A stretch of DNA of 63,339 nucleotides, counting the filler, from Reticulomyxa filosa (lineage: Eukaryota > Protista > Foraminifera), in assembly GCA_000512085.1 (NCBI GenBank). It is 17 parts of 17 records of this genome, joined end to end, with 100 filler letters (N's around TTAATTAATTAA, not from the genome) between each part and the next. Parts side by side here need not be neighbours in the genome. Positions count along the whole stretch, not along the records: positions 7,358 to 15,576 come from ASPP01044967.1; positions 15,677 to 17,735 come from ASPP01005343.1; positions 17,836 to 20,940 come from ASPP01022253.1; positions 21,041 to 22,795 come from ASPP01004210.1; positions 22,896 to 30,435 come from ASPP01008601.1; 12 more parts are not named here. The stretch is one strand, 5' to 3'. The stretch's first letter is position 1. Each line of letters opens with the position of its first letter. The notes below the pieces were generated by a model. The model did not search any database, was not told the DNA's origin, and saw nothing but the letters and a program-made list of their open reading frames with translations. The position numbers and the translations under genes are program-made. This document shows, one piece after another, positions 13,286 through 26,245 of this stretch.

Positions 13286-14822
13286 TCACTTTGCTTTACA
13301 TAAGTCTTTCAACAATTGATAAGAAGTGCACAAACTTCGGACATGCCAAACTGGTGTTCCAGCAAAACTAATAGATTCTACCCAAGACACTTTTTTGAAA
13401 ACTTTTTGTACTTGTTTCAAAGTCATTTTCTGAAGCGTCAATTCACTATTTTTGGAAGTGTTACAAACTTCCACTTCAAACTTGGTGAGCCAATCGTCAG
13501 CGTTGGACGGGTCATCATCTGAAAGCAAACTGCGAACGATAGACTTTCCAACTTCAATATTTTTTGTCGGTGGTTTCGACAATTTGTTTGAAGCATGTGC
13601 GGACTTTTCACCAGTTGAATTGGTATTTTCTTCGACGATTTGTCTTGTCAAATTTCCAATATCTGTGTGACAAATGAGTGAATAAGTGAGTGCATATTAA
13701 TATATATGCATATTAGCAATCATTTTTGGTGGAGAGGAGGGGGAGGGGAAAAAAAAAAGAAAAAAAAGGGGGGTAACAATTTTAGAAAAAAAAAAAAAAA
13801 AATTAAACGTCGAAATCGATCCGGTCCCAAATGTATTCCCCCATACCAACGCGACACCACAACGACAACATTTAATGCATTCATTGCCCGGAGTACCGCT
13901 AACATCTTGTCGCCACCACTATGTTCGCCATCATCGTCTCTGCCTTCAATCGCATGTGCTGTTTTGTCGACCGATGAGTTTGGAGCAATGCGATAGGCCA
14001 TTATATTGTGGGTAGCTCTGGCAATTTTGTTGTCTTGCTTCAATTGATTGACAACATCGTCAACTTGGTCTACTGTTTGCACGCGACTGAAAAAGGCTTG
14101 AAATGTCGACTTGCGATCGGTGAGAGGGAGTCCACAAGTGACTTCAATGCCATTGGCCAGACGAATATGTCTTGCATTTGAAAAACATAGTTTTGTGTGC
14201 AGTTTTGTATCGCCCACTACCGCTTTGTCATCTCCTTCTTCTTCAATCTTATCTTTTTGATCAGCTGTCTCATTTGTCGCTTTTTCGTCTGTCTTTTTTT
14301 TGCACTTTTCGAATAGCTCCGGAAACCATGCTTCTTCTAGCCATTGCATCCAATCATAGATCACACAGTCGGGCTTTTTTTTTAACCATATCGCCTCTAA
14401 TTCACTTTGAGCACGTTTCAATAAATCTTGTGGGGTTTCCTTTTTTTTTTTTAAACTTTTTTTAAGTTGCTGAGCTTATGTGACCCCTTTTTTTTTTTTT
14501 TGGAGATTATTTGCTGTACAAACTTTTAACCATGGAATGCCAATTTTATACATCGGCGGCACTTTCAATGGATAGTCTTTAGACAAGGTAAATTGGAAAT
14601 GGATTGGGTAATTCTCGTCATTCATTATTAACACCGTTATCTGTTTGTTTGTTGTTTCAAGGTCCGTTTTATACTCTCACTTTTCTTTGTTTTACGCAGC
14701 TTGAGCTCAGTTGAACATGGCAAATAGTTGACCTGATAATGATTGGCACCAAGTTTCGAAAATTTATCGCTATATATGCTTTCGAGCACCACCAATTCAC
14801 TTTCTTGCTCGGCATTTGACAT
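13286..14822 (-). CDS. IMPACT: IMPACT/Yih1 family protein (RWD + UPF0029) with C-terminal extension; introns 14641-14732, 14440-14523 and 13663-13808
   Basis: RWD: EQESELVVLESIY, FTLSKDYPLKVPP, VIYDWMQWL. UPF0029: DRKSTFQAF, ARATHNIMAYRI, DDDGEHSGG, VVVVVSRWYGGIHLGPDRFR. Confidence 0.93.
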
Positions 14823-16381
14823 TGTTTTATATCAAAAAAAAAAATAACTTGACACATTTTCGAAACTACTGGAAAAACAATTTACAAAACGATTTGTTGG
14901 ACGAAATCTGTATCCTATTCTCGAATAAAATTTCAGTAAGCGATTAAAAAGAGCTTTCACGGCTTGTGCGAGGGAATTTTTTTTTTAATAATAGTGTTAA
15001 TTTAAGGAAAGAGAGCCGCGTTTCTTTACTCTTTAAAAAAAGAACAATTACCACTAAAAGAACAGATAAAAAAGTTTGCCACCATGTCATCAAAAGAAAC
15101 AAAGTTAATCAATGATTCTAAAGTGATGCCTGAGAAATTGTGAGCGTTTTACATCACACGAATGTACATTCAGAAAAGAAGAAGTGGTAGCGTACCATGC
15201 AAACACAAAACCAAACAACTAGGAACAAATGAACTTGGGAAAAACAAAACAAAAAGACAAAAAAAAAAAAAAGACAAACACACGCATATTGGCTACCGTT
15301 CATGAGTCCCCAAGCCAAAAAAACAAAAAAAGTAAAAAAAAAGAGAAAGAAAACAGTGAGGAAACAAACAAGTAAAAAAAGGATCACCATTAAGAGTGAA
15401 ATGGACAGTGATTGTAATTGTGTTTATTTGAATTGTAACGAATCAAAGCAAAGATTAGTTTCAGTGCTGTCATCGGTGGTTATATTACAAAATTGCAAAA
15501 AAAAAAAAAAAAATTATTTCTCTTTCTCCCTTCCCATGTTTGAATGTTTGCATGCGCCACACCTACTGCATGCAAANNNNNNNNNNNNNNNNNNNNNNNN
15601 NNNNNNNNNNNNNNNNNNNNTTAATTAATTAANNNNNNNNNNNNNNNNNNNNNNNNNNNNNNNNNNNNNNNNNNNNATGATTTGAGAAAATTGTATTTTA
15701 TATATTTATTTTTTTTGATTGAAAGTGCAGGAACGAAATGAACATGAATACAATGATGATATTATCATGTCATCATATTATCATACTATCATATTATCAT
15801 ATTATTTGCATGAAAGAAAAACTGAATATCTTTTGTCAATAAAAGATGCAACATAAGCTTAAAGCTGAAAAATTTTGTGTTTTTGTTATTAAAGTGAAAA
15901 GGTAAAGAAGAAACAAATACTGACACGGACCAATAGATGATATAAAGTATTATACTATTGCTAAGCCAATCCGTTAATAACATAAGAAAACATTGTTAGA
16001 ATTTAAAAAATTACAAAATTGCATCAGGATTGCGCATTCCAAATGGTCAAGTTTAGATCATTCTAAAGTCATAAAGCACTTACTAATTGAAGTCATCTTC
16101 ATTGACAACGTCTTCAATGAAAACGTGAGAATATAGATAAATGATATACATATAATAAAACTTAAAAAGTTGAGTTTGAATAAATGATTTAATTTTACAG
16201 CATTATGATTTTATGCGCTTTTTCGACACCTTTTATTCAGATCACAACATTTTGCCGCTATATTTTTCGTTCTGGTGCTGAAGACATTCGCAATCTAGTT
16301 TACTAATGTTTTTAGCTTTGTAAAAAAATCTCTGCAGCTTCAACGTGAAAGAAAATTTTGGCGGCCTTTTCCTCCGGCATA

Positions 16382-16532
16382 GATGATGAAACAAGTGAAT
16401 ATTTTGACTCACCGGAAGAGTTGGATTCAAAAATAACAAAGCTTGCAGACAATAAAAAACTCGAAGCATTTCATTGCATTTACAGGCGCAGGTGTAAGTA
16501 CAAGTTGTGGAGTTCCTGATTTCAGAAACGGT
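16382..16532 (+). pseudogene. Sirtuin (class IV, SIRT6/7-like) N-terminal fragment
   Basis: Manual translation gives DDETSEYFDSPEELDSKITKLA /frameshift/ IKNSKHFIAFTGAGVSTSCGVPDFR, containing the sirtuin TGAGxSTxxGxPDFR motif. No downstream sirtuin motifs are visible. Confidence 0.85.
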
Positions 16533-16969
16533 AATGAATACAGATATAAGAGGACATACAGTGCATGTGGCATTGGTTTGTTTGTGTTGACTGGCTCAAC
16601 ATAGGAAAAGATACAAACACGCTAGAGAATCAAAAGTGGTTCGTTTTATAAAAACATTAAAAAAATATCGATTTTGATAAAGAAAACTACAAATGTTGTA
16701 AAAAACTCTTTTATGATATTTTTTGGAGGGTTGCTTGCTTGAAATCAAAGAACATTGTTCGGAGGTCGACCTTATTGCGTTAGAGATGAAATATGTAAAA
16801 GTCTATGCACATGGTTGTGTTTGAAACTTTATTAACATAATGGAACAAAAATTTTAAACACTCAAATGTAAATCTCATGGTCCACTTTGGAGCTCCAATG
16901 AAAGCGTCCAAATGTAGAGTGTTTTGATCTGAGGAGAGGCAAAAGGAAGAAAAAAACATGGAGTCCAAA

Positions 16970-17580
16970 TTATTGAGAGAAAATTTGACCCAGCCACTTA
17001 AAGTCAACATTTCCTCCGCTCAAAATCACACCAATTTTAGAAATTTTCTTTCCATCAGCATTACGATACTGGCTCAGCCACTGCAAAAAGTCTTGGTTTA
17101 ACAAAACAGCAGGACATACAGCAGAGCTAGGTTCGATGACCATTTTAAGCCTTTGATATACTAATTTCATCGCATCGATTATTTCTGTGTCCGGACAGTG
17201 AAAATGCGATGAATCATAGAGTCATTTGCGATGATAGGGAACGTATTGCTTCCCAACGCGGACCTTAGCCCATCCGCAATTGTGTCGGGTTTAAGTTGAG
17301 GAACAAATTGTTTGAGTTTTTTGCTTTGGAACGCGTCATTTGCACCAAGTGGCTCACATCCAATGACCAAACACCGTTGGCTCTGTTTTTTTATTTTGGA
17401 GCCCTCTTGCACGAAGTGTTCCACCGCGAGCGCACATCCACTTATCATACCACCTCCTCCTACAGGTACCAATATGCAGTCCATATCGGGCACCTCTGTC
17501 AGCATTTCCAAAGCCATCGTCCCTTGTCCATATATCACATTGGGCTCATTGTACGGGTGAACCAATAGAGCCTTATGCAT
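16970..17580 (-). CDS. Serine racemase / threonine dehydratase-like PLP enzyme (fold type II), 3' part, one frameshift at ~17190
   Basis: VHPYNEPNVIYGQGTMALE, VPVGGGGMISG, VIGCEP, TIADGLR, KMVIEPSSAV and GVILSGGNVD. Confidence 0.9.
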
Positions 17581-20500
17581 ATACGTCCAAATGCAAAGAC
17601 TAGTTTTTTTTTTTTTTTTTTAAAATTAATAGTTTTTATCTTTTCTTTGAGACTACTAAAAAAAAAAAACAACAACAAAAAAGTGCACATATATACATAT
17701 ATACGTATAATAAAAAAAGTACTTTGTTTTGATAGNNNNNNNNNNNNNNNNNNNNNNNNNNNNNNNNNNNNNNNNNNNNTTAATTAATTAANNNNNNNNN
17801 NNNNNNNNNNNNNNNNNNNNNNNNNNNNNNNNNNNATAACTTAGCACAAATCTATATTAGTAAAAAATATATAACAAATACTACAATCAAATCTAACAAA
17901 CTAAAAATTAATGAAACTATAGAATTGTCATATTCTGGCAATGCCAATAAATGTAAAAATAAAATCAAAATAACAAAAACCAGTTGTAAAAGTAGAAGAA
18001 AAAGATATATACAACAAATAATAATAATCACTTTTTTTTACGTTATATCTTTTTGTTAGCATTCAAGAAGTTTTCCAAAAAAAAAAAAATATTATTTGAT
18101 TGTTTCATTGCTGTCTTGCTTTGTTTTATATGTTATGTTCAAAAAAAGGTCAAATTTATATTTAGTAATAAATTGTATATTGTATAAAAGCTGATCTTTT
18201 TCGATTAATTATTTATTTTTTTTATTTTTTTGTGTAGCATTTGATTTGATTTAGAATAAAATTAATCAATAAAAGCATTCTAAGCTTGCAAATGGTATGT
18301 TAATTCTTTATTTTTAAGTTCAAATTTTTTTTCTTTTTTAAAATAGTTTATAGATATTGATGATATTGCATTTTTTTCAGTTAATTATTATTGCATTATA
18401 ATCTTTTAATTATGTTTCATATTTTAATCTTAGATTCTCCAATTCTTTTTCGTATTTAAGTTCGCTCTTTTTCCGTTTTGTTTCGTTGATTAGATAATTC
18501 TTTTGTTAATTTACAAATATTCTGCTTTAATTCTTTATTTGTTCCATTAAATAAGTATTTATTTTTTTCAAATGTTAGTTATAAGATTCTTTATTGCGAA
18601 ATTATACGTCATTTATATTGTTGTTATTACTTTGAAGTTCATGCATTTATATTGTTATCTGTATCGCACTTTCACTTGCATACAATTCTTCATCAGTGGA
18701 ATTTTATCACTAGTATAATGTAATTAGTTTCAGTATTAATTAAAATTAAAATATTTCAACAACTGATCACTTGCCATCACATTCGCACATGAATGACAAC
18801 GACCAAAAAAAAATTCTTCAATCGCAAATGCCTTATCGTCTTTACGAGTTCATGCTAACTGATGTCATATGACTGCAAATTTGTTATTATGCAATTGTGA
18901 AACTAATCATATTAAGTGTTGACATTGCCACCTTGATAAAATTCACACTATACTGCTAACAAAAATAATTATAAAAAAGTTGACTTATGGAGCAAAATAG
19001 ACTATCGTTATCAATATAATGGACATATGTCCAGCGCAGTTGAATTATTTTATTCAAAAGTACAAATGTATTGTGTATGGGAGCAATTACCTGTAATACA
19101 TACAATTTCAAATCAATAAAAACAGTTGATTAATTCATATGAAGCAATACAGCGTGCAAACTATTTTCACAATAAACATACTCAAACAAGAAATGCAAAA
19201 ATTTCTGAGTTGTGATATGGAAAGCAAGATACAAACTGTCCTTGATGTTCATAATATACAAATTTGATATCTTTGAAAGCAATGTAAATAAAATATCAGA
19301 AAAGTGGAAGCAGTCAAAGTCTAATGCAAAGGCTATCACTCTGATTTAAAGTTTGAATAAATTTTTTAATATTATTTTACTTACTTTCAATTTTCATTTT
19401 TTTACTTAAACGTTATGCATCTTCACCAAATAAGATAGAAAATTGATTTTAAGAACTTGACAAATTAATTTTAACTGAATCTTGAGTTTTATTTTATCAC
19501 AATAAATCTATTTAAAACAAAAGTGCTTTTAAGGATCTGTATACAAATTATTATTACTATATCGGAAAAAAATGAAAATAAACTAAATTATAGTTTTTAA
19601 TAAGATTTTGCATATTGAAAAAGAAATTTGACAAATAACATCATGTTATAGATATGACTAATTTTCTTCATTAATTGATTGTAATACATTATAAATAATT
19701 GTTCTAATGTTGTTTAAAGAGTTATCACAATAACTAAAATTAGTATATTATATTGTCATCAGAACAAATTGGATTAATAGATTTTATTGTAAGAAACAAA
19801 ATTCATGATTTAGATAAAACTATTGTAATTTGTCAGTCTTAAATTACTTTTCTCTATTTTTCCATTTAAAAATTCAAAAAATTAGTGAAAAAATTATTAT
19901 AGGTGACACTAGTACAAATGTTGATTGTGAATGCGAAACAACGTTTGCACAAACACAAAGATGATGAAGGCTTTATCGCTACCAAATAAACATCAAAGAG
20001 TTATTCTTGCAAGCGGAATTTTTTTAAAATAAAAAAAAAATTATGTCTGAATGTTGTTTTTTCTTGAAGAAAATCAATTATCTCTATAATGTGCCGTTTT
20101 ATGTGTCAACTTTACTTTGCATTCTACTGTAGAATAAAGAAATTCAATTAATTTTCTTTTTAAAAAACTTTGCTGGAATAAAACTAATCAAAAGACAACA
20201 TGAAAAGAAAATGCATTAAACAAATACTCAATTCATTGTATAATTACACAGATTTAACTTAGTTTTGAGTTTTCTATCAAACAAAATTGCTCATCGTCAA
20301 AGAAACTAAAACAAAATTTTTTCCAACAAAAATTTAATAAATTTGAATCATACAAATTAATGTAAAAAATAAACAATAAACATCAAAAATAAAACTAAAA
20401 AAGGATATTGCTGTTGACGCAAAATAATGCATAAACAAACTTGCTCTTTTTGTCATGCTTGTTAAATCATTTCTTTTTAAAATACATGAATTCCTTTTTA

Positions 20501-20791
20501 AGAAATTTTGAAAATTTGTTTTGTCTTAACGTATTGAAACTGATGTCAATATAATTCACGCATTTAAAATGATACGTTTTTGTCTAATCTAATGAATAAA
20601 ATATTCATTGTCATACAATAAACAAATATATTAAATAATTGCTAACACATGTTATTTTATTACCTTTTTTATCAATGAAAGATAGATAATATATTAAATT
20701 ACAAGTGAATATTTTCATTGTTTTATTTTACTTTTAAAAGGACGACTTTTTTATGTATTTCCCTCTTTTAAGAAAATTTAACATTCACAAC

Positions 20792-20940
20792 ATGAGCAAT
20801 CAAACCTTTCAAACTTTGAAGGAGTTACCCAGTCCACTCGATGATTCTCAATGTGTGCTACATAAACATGAACTCCTCATTTGTGGATGTAGAAATCAAA
20901 GAGCTTGTTATTCTTATCATACAATTAAAAACGAATACAA
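20792..20940 (+). CDS. Kelch-repeat protein N-terminus (expanded family; truncated by contig end)
   Basis: MSNQTFQTLKELPSPLDDSQCVLHKHELLICG...ACYSYHTIKNEY is a kelch-type blade. Confidence 0.75.
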
Positions 20941-21040
20941 NNNNNNNNNNNNNNNNNNNNNNNNNNNNNNNNNNNNNNNNNNNNTTAATTAATTAANNNN
21001 NNNNNNNNNNNNNNNNNNNNNNNNNNNNNNNNNNNNNNNN

Positions 21041-21078
<38 letters not shown>

Positions 21079-21088
21079 TTTCCAATAG

Positions 21089-22009
21089 ACATGCTACTTA
21101 CAAAGACAAGTTACGAGTATATTTCTTGCTCGACGTTTGTTTGGGTGGAGAGCTGTTTACAATCTTGAGACAAAAGCGATACTTCAATGAACCCACGTCC
21201 AAGTTTTATACAGCCTGTGTAGTGGAAGCCTTCGACTACATGCACTCGATGGACATTATCTACCGAGATCTGAAACCAGAAAACTTGGTGTTAGACAGTG
21301 ATGGATACTTGAAAGTCACTGACTTTGGCTTTGCCAAAGTTTGTCCCGACAAGTTTAGCTTTTTTTTTTTTTTTTTGAAATGCAATCAATACACTTATTA
21401 TACATATGTATACTTATGTATATGTGATGTATAAAAAATATGCAAATGTATAAAAAATATTTGATCAAATAAGGACGTATACTTTGTGTGGAACACCGGA
21501 TTATTTGTGCCCGGAGATCGTGACAGGCCAGGGACATGGAAAAGGTGTGGATTGGTGGACTTTGGGAATTTTGATTTACGAAATGTTGGCGAGCTTTCCA
21601 CCATTTGTGGCGGATGATCCTGTCGATACCTACCGCAAAATCGTTCGTGGCAAAATTCGATTCCCGAAATACTTTAGCCAAGAAGCCAGAGACTTGATCC
21701 GCGCTTTGCTGCATCACAAACCCAACCGCAGGTTGGCTTGCTTGCACGGCGGAACTGAAAATATCCGAAAGCATGCTTGGTTCAAAGGATTCAAATGGGG
21801 ATGCCTTGCGAGAAGGAAAAACAGCTGCTCCAATTGTCAACCGAGTTTTGAAAAAAAAAACTTGTTGTTTTTTTTTTTTTTTAATTAATTATAAATTTTT
21901 TTAAAAGGTGCGTGACAACAAAGACATATCAAACTTTACTCAAATTGATGTTGGCATTGACGATGCAAAACCCATCCCTGCTGAAAAAGAATTTGATCAA
22001 GAATTTTAA
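21089..22009 (+). CDS. Cyclic-nucleotide-dependent AGC kinase (PKG/PKA-like), catalytic 3' part; introns 21353-21473 and 21845-21907
   Basis: [62 protein letters not shown] and C-terminal DISNF...FDQEF*. One extra G at ~21797. Confidence 0.93.
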
Positions 22010-22452
22010 ATCGTGTTCCTTACGTTTGCATGTTTGGCTATTGTTTGTGTGCTGTCAACGGAACGTTGACTGCAGTCGGCGAAAGGGAAACTAAAAAGAA
22101 CTTGCGGTCTTCGCTTTGCTTTCTTTTGTATTAAAGCTTTTTTTTGTCGTTGACTTTTCTTTCAAAAGTCTGTTTTGGTGTGTAGCTTGATCTTTACAGA
22201 AGCCATTTGTTCACTTTTGTTAAAGATTTTTTTTTTTACAAACACTTGTTCTTTATTCGATTGATCGGATTCAATTTAAATAAAAACTTTCGACTACAAG
22301 CTTTTTTCCCTCAAAGTTTGGAGAATAGGCTATTTCTCACCATATATATAAGTTCAAGGAAAGTTTGCAGTATACATGCGTATTGACAGGTTTAAAAAAA
22401 CTTTCTGAAGAAACAAGAGCTACGGGTGATCACGTTGCAGAAACTAACTTAT

Positions 22453-22746
22453 ATGGAAATGCAAGGTGCCAACTTTGATTTGAAAAGGTTTGAGATCTGG
22501 AAGATGAAACTGTATGGTGGAATGCAGAATGAGCCAAAAGAAGCAGAAACAAAGGAGACAACAAACGATTCACAAAGCAGTAATGACAAACGATATGAAA
22601 GAGAGCTGAAAGTATTAATGTTGCTTTGCAACAACGTGATGACCAAAGAGCAATTGAAACAAAAGTTGGAAGAAAAAGACGGACACGTCTCATCAATTAT
22701 CGAAGACATTGTTTCCAAATTTTTACAGCAACCTGTATTCATTTAA
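22453..22746 (+). CDS. Hypothetical protein fragment
   Basis: Open, coding-like helical stretch (YERELKVLMLLCNNVMTKEQLKQKLEE) running into a probable intron at the contig end. No family recognised. Confidence 0.45.
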   Translation: MEMQGANFDLKRFEIWKMKLYGGMQNEPKEAETKETTNDSQSSNDKRYERELKVLMLLCNNVMTKEQLKQKLEEKDGHVSSIIEDIVSKFLQQPVFI

Positions 22747-23582
22747 CATAATTTTTTTTTTACGTATACACATACACATTGAATGCTGCAAAAAANNNNN
22801 NNNNNNNNNNNNNNNNNNNNNNNNNNNNNNNNNNNNNNNTTAATTAATTAANNNNNNNNNNNNNNNNNNNNNNNNNNNNNNNNNNNNNNNNNNNNTTTTT
22901 TTTTTTTTTTAATTGTTTTTTCTTTTTTACATCGAGTTATCTCAACAACAACAAAAAGTGGACTGAAGAATATTCAAAAGAATTGGAAACATATTGCATG
23001 GGGGAACCAAAGCTGTCATTAAAAAATCTGATAGTGTCCTTCAAATCCTTACGCTTTTGAAGTCGATTCATGATGACTTACCAACCATGTTACGTTTCTT
23101 AGTTTAAGAATTATCAATCTGTTTTGGGCAATATAACCTTTGATCCATAAATAAATATAACAGGGAAGAAACCTGGACTATGGAGTCTTCACTGCCCGAA
23201 AATATGCCTGGGTCCAATGACGATAAAAATGATTTAGAAAATGCATAACAAAAATAGATCAATCTTTTGTTTTCTTATCAAGAACCACTGGAGTTTTTTT
23301 TTACTCTTAAACTCCTTTTTTTTGTTGACAAATTGTGATGTTTTTGTTGGAGTTGTATATTTCATTCTCTAATTTATCTCTATATTTTTTGCACTTCTTC
23401 TTTCATTTCAAACAAGCACCTTTTCGGCAGCTTTTTTTTATTTGTTAAACCAATATAGAGCAAGTGAACAAAACACTTCGCTTTTTTTTTTGTATCAATC
23501 AAAATTGATAATTTTACAGGGCGTAACAAATTTGTTGTCATCAGTAAGCTGTTGTGGCTATCAATGATTTTTAAGACCAATT

Positions 23583-26214
23583 ATGCGTTTTGTTAAAAAT
23601 ATGGAATTGAACCGACTTTGTCCAGAAGAGCAAAAAAAGGTGCGAACAATGAACTCGAGTAAGACGGGACGAAATAAAGCAATGACAGCAGATATATCCA
23701 CAATAATGGCTTTGCTTACTGAAGCAGATGGCACAAATTCTGATATCTTGAAGCGTCAGTCCGCAATAAAAGCGTTGGACGAGTTGAGGAACGTTCCTGG
23801 TTATCCAACAGGTAATTTGTTTTCTTTTTTTTGTTAAAAAAAAAAGGTGCCTCCTTAGATTTTTTGGATACAATGAAAAACTTGTTTAAAAAAAAATGGA
23901 ATAAATCCAACATATGGACACATTGAAAAGCATTGTTGTCAATTTGGCAATTGGACAAGCCTCAAGAACTACGATTCAAAGCAATGGCAAAATTTAAAAA
24001 TGATTGTGAGCAAATATGGCATGTATCGAAAATAAAAAGCATAGAAAAAGAAAAAGAGAAAATGTCAGAAAAGGAAGTATGCAAATGTCTATTACTAAAC
24101 AATTATATGAAGGAAAACGATGAAATAGTGTTACGACAAGTGTCACAAAGCATAAGTAAATTAACACAAATAGAGATGAGAAGCAGCAGTGGCAGTAGCA
24201 AGAACAATGCAATGACGCAAAGACAAGTGAAAAAGGACATGGAATACATAAAAGTGGATCATTGGGATGAGGGATGGCCACAACTCATGTCCTATCTAAC
24301 TTCAAACCTCCAAAGTTCATCTCGAAGATTGGATCCCATGAAAACTTATAAATTGTTATTACTAATGAACGATATTTGCCAAGTCATGAGCCACGGCACA
24401 AAGCTTGATTACATCCATTTTTTCAATCATGTCGCCAATCATTTGCTGCCTACGTTATGCGTTTTGTGGGATCATTTGTTCCAATTTTTTTTCGCGAAAA
24501 TTGGGAAATGTTCCATCCATCAATTCAAAACTTTTTTTGCCATGTGTCAATTTGCTAGCTATTCAATTCGTATCATTATTAACAGTATTTATCCTATCAC
24601 TTTTCAAAAAGATTCCATTGTTACGTATACATATTATATATATATATATTTTTGTTTTGTTTTGTATGTATACGTATTTACATGTATATGGCAAAAGTGA
24701 AATGTATACGTATGTGTGTGTATGTGTATTGTTTATATATATACATATGTGTATGTATATAAATATAAAAAGTGCGGTAATTATGTGGCCAAAGTGTTTC
24801 AGAACGTGGGACAATTGCATGAGAATATCTATCCTCGACTTGTGGTGGTGTGCGTGGAGAAACTACCCGGCAAAGACGCAGCGCTTTGTACAGTGATGGA
24901 CAGCGTGAGACATCTGGTGGACGACCTGCTTGCACATGTTGCGGAATTGCATAAAAACCACGCGATGCCCTTCCAAGAAGTGCTGTCCCCTTTCCTGCGC
25001 TATTATTACAATGCCATATGCAACTGCCATGCCAAGACGACCACAAAAGACCTTTGCAAAAGTACCAAGGATTCGACGTTGCCTTTGTACATGGACGAAG
25101 TGGTCGTTCATGCGCTCTTGTTCTTCAAAAATGTTTTGCAGTCTGCTGTTCGTTAAAGGTTTTTTTTTTTTTTTTTTTTGCAGCAAATACAATTTATGGT
25201 AATTAAATAAACATATGTATGTATATGTATATGTATATGTATATATTTATTTATTTAATTGGTTTTGAAATGTAAAGGAAAGACATTGACAACAATGAAA
25301 CGGAATGAAAGAATCTTGGAGCGCCAAGACGTATGTATGAAAAATGGAGTGAGTTTGGTGGACAAGTACGAATTGACAGTCGGACAATTTTGTAACGAAA
25401 ATCGAATGAAAAGATTAGCGAATGTGTTGTTGAAAGACTGGTTTGTGTTAAAAGAAGAAGAGCTGGCTACGATGAGCGACAATGCATGCGAGTATTTTCA
25501 GGAGACAATGATCGACTCCATTGCTTCCATATCCTCCTCTTCGTCTTTTTCCTCCCTTTCCAGCTCTTGTTCGGCCCATCTGAACATTCGCATGGCGGCC
25601 ACCAAGTTATTCCAAGTGGCAATGGAAACGCATCCGCAATATAGTGTCCCCGTCATTGTATCAATGATCACACAGGCATTGCAAACATCGACAACGACAA
25701 CGACAACGACAACGATGACGACGACAACAATGCTGCAATGGCCCAACGAAAGCGAAGACAAGGAACACTTGCACGTGAATCGATTGCTGTTACAAAAAGA
25801 AGCGGCATATTTTGCATTGGGTTTGGGATACTCGCATTTCACATCGGAACTGTCGACAGCTCAGCAATTGGATATTCATGGCTCGTTGCAGCAGATTGTG
25901 GATCGAGACTTGTCCCAATACAAACATGTCCCTTTTTTGATTGCGCGCATCATGTGGCTATTCGGACATCTCTCGCATTGCCTCTATCTGCATTCGGATA
26001 CCCTGCACTTTGCGTATCGCCATCTTCTTCATTGGATGGCCCGTCCCGCACATCTTTCGTCTGATATTGTTGACAATCCTCGTTTGTCGAATCGATACTT
26101 ATTTATTCGGTTTCGTGTGCTTATTACACACACACACACATACACATATATTCCATACGATGCATAACCATTGTTGTTATGTTGTGCGAATTTTCTTTAA
26201 AATGATTGGGTGCA

Positions 26215-26245
<31 letters not shown>

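Noticed and set aside
18240-19340. Possible relic of a Zn-finger/coiled-coil family gene on the minus strand
   Set aside because: It is too degraded to assign, with no sustained frame.
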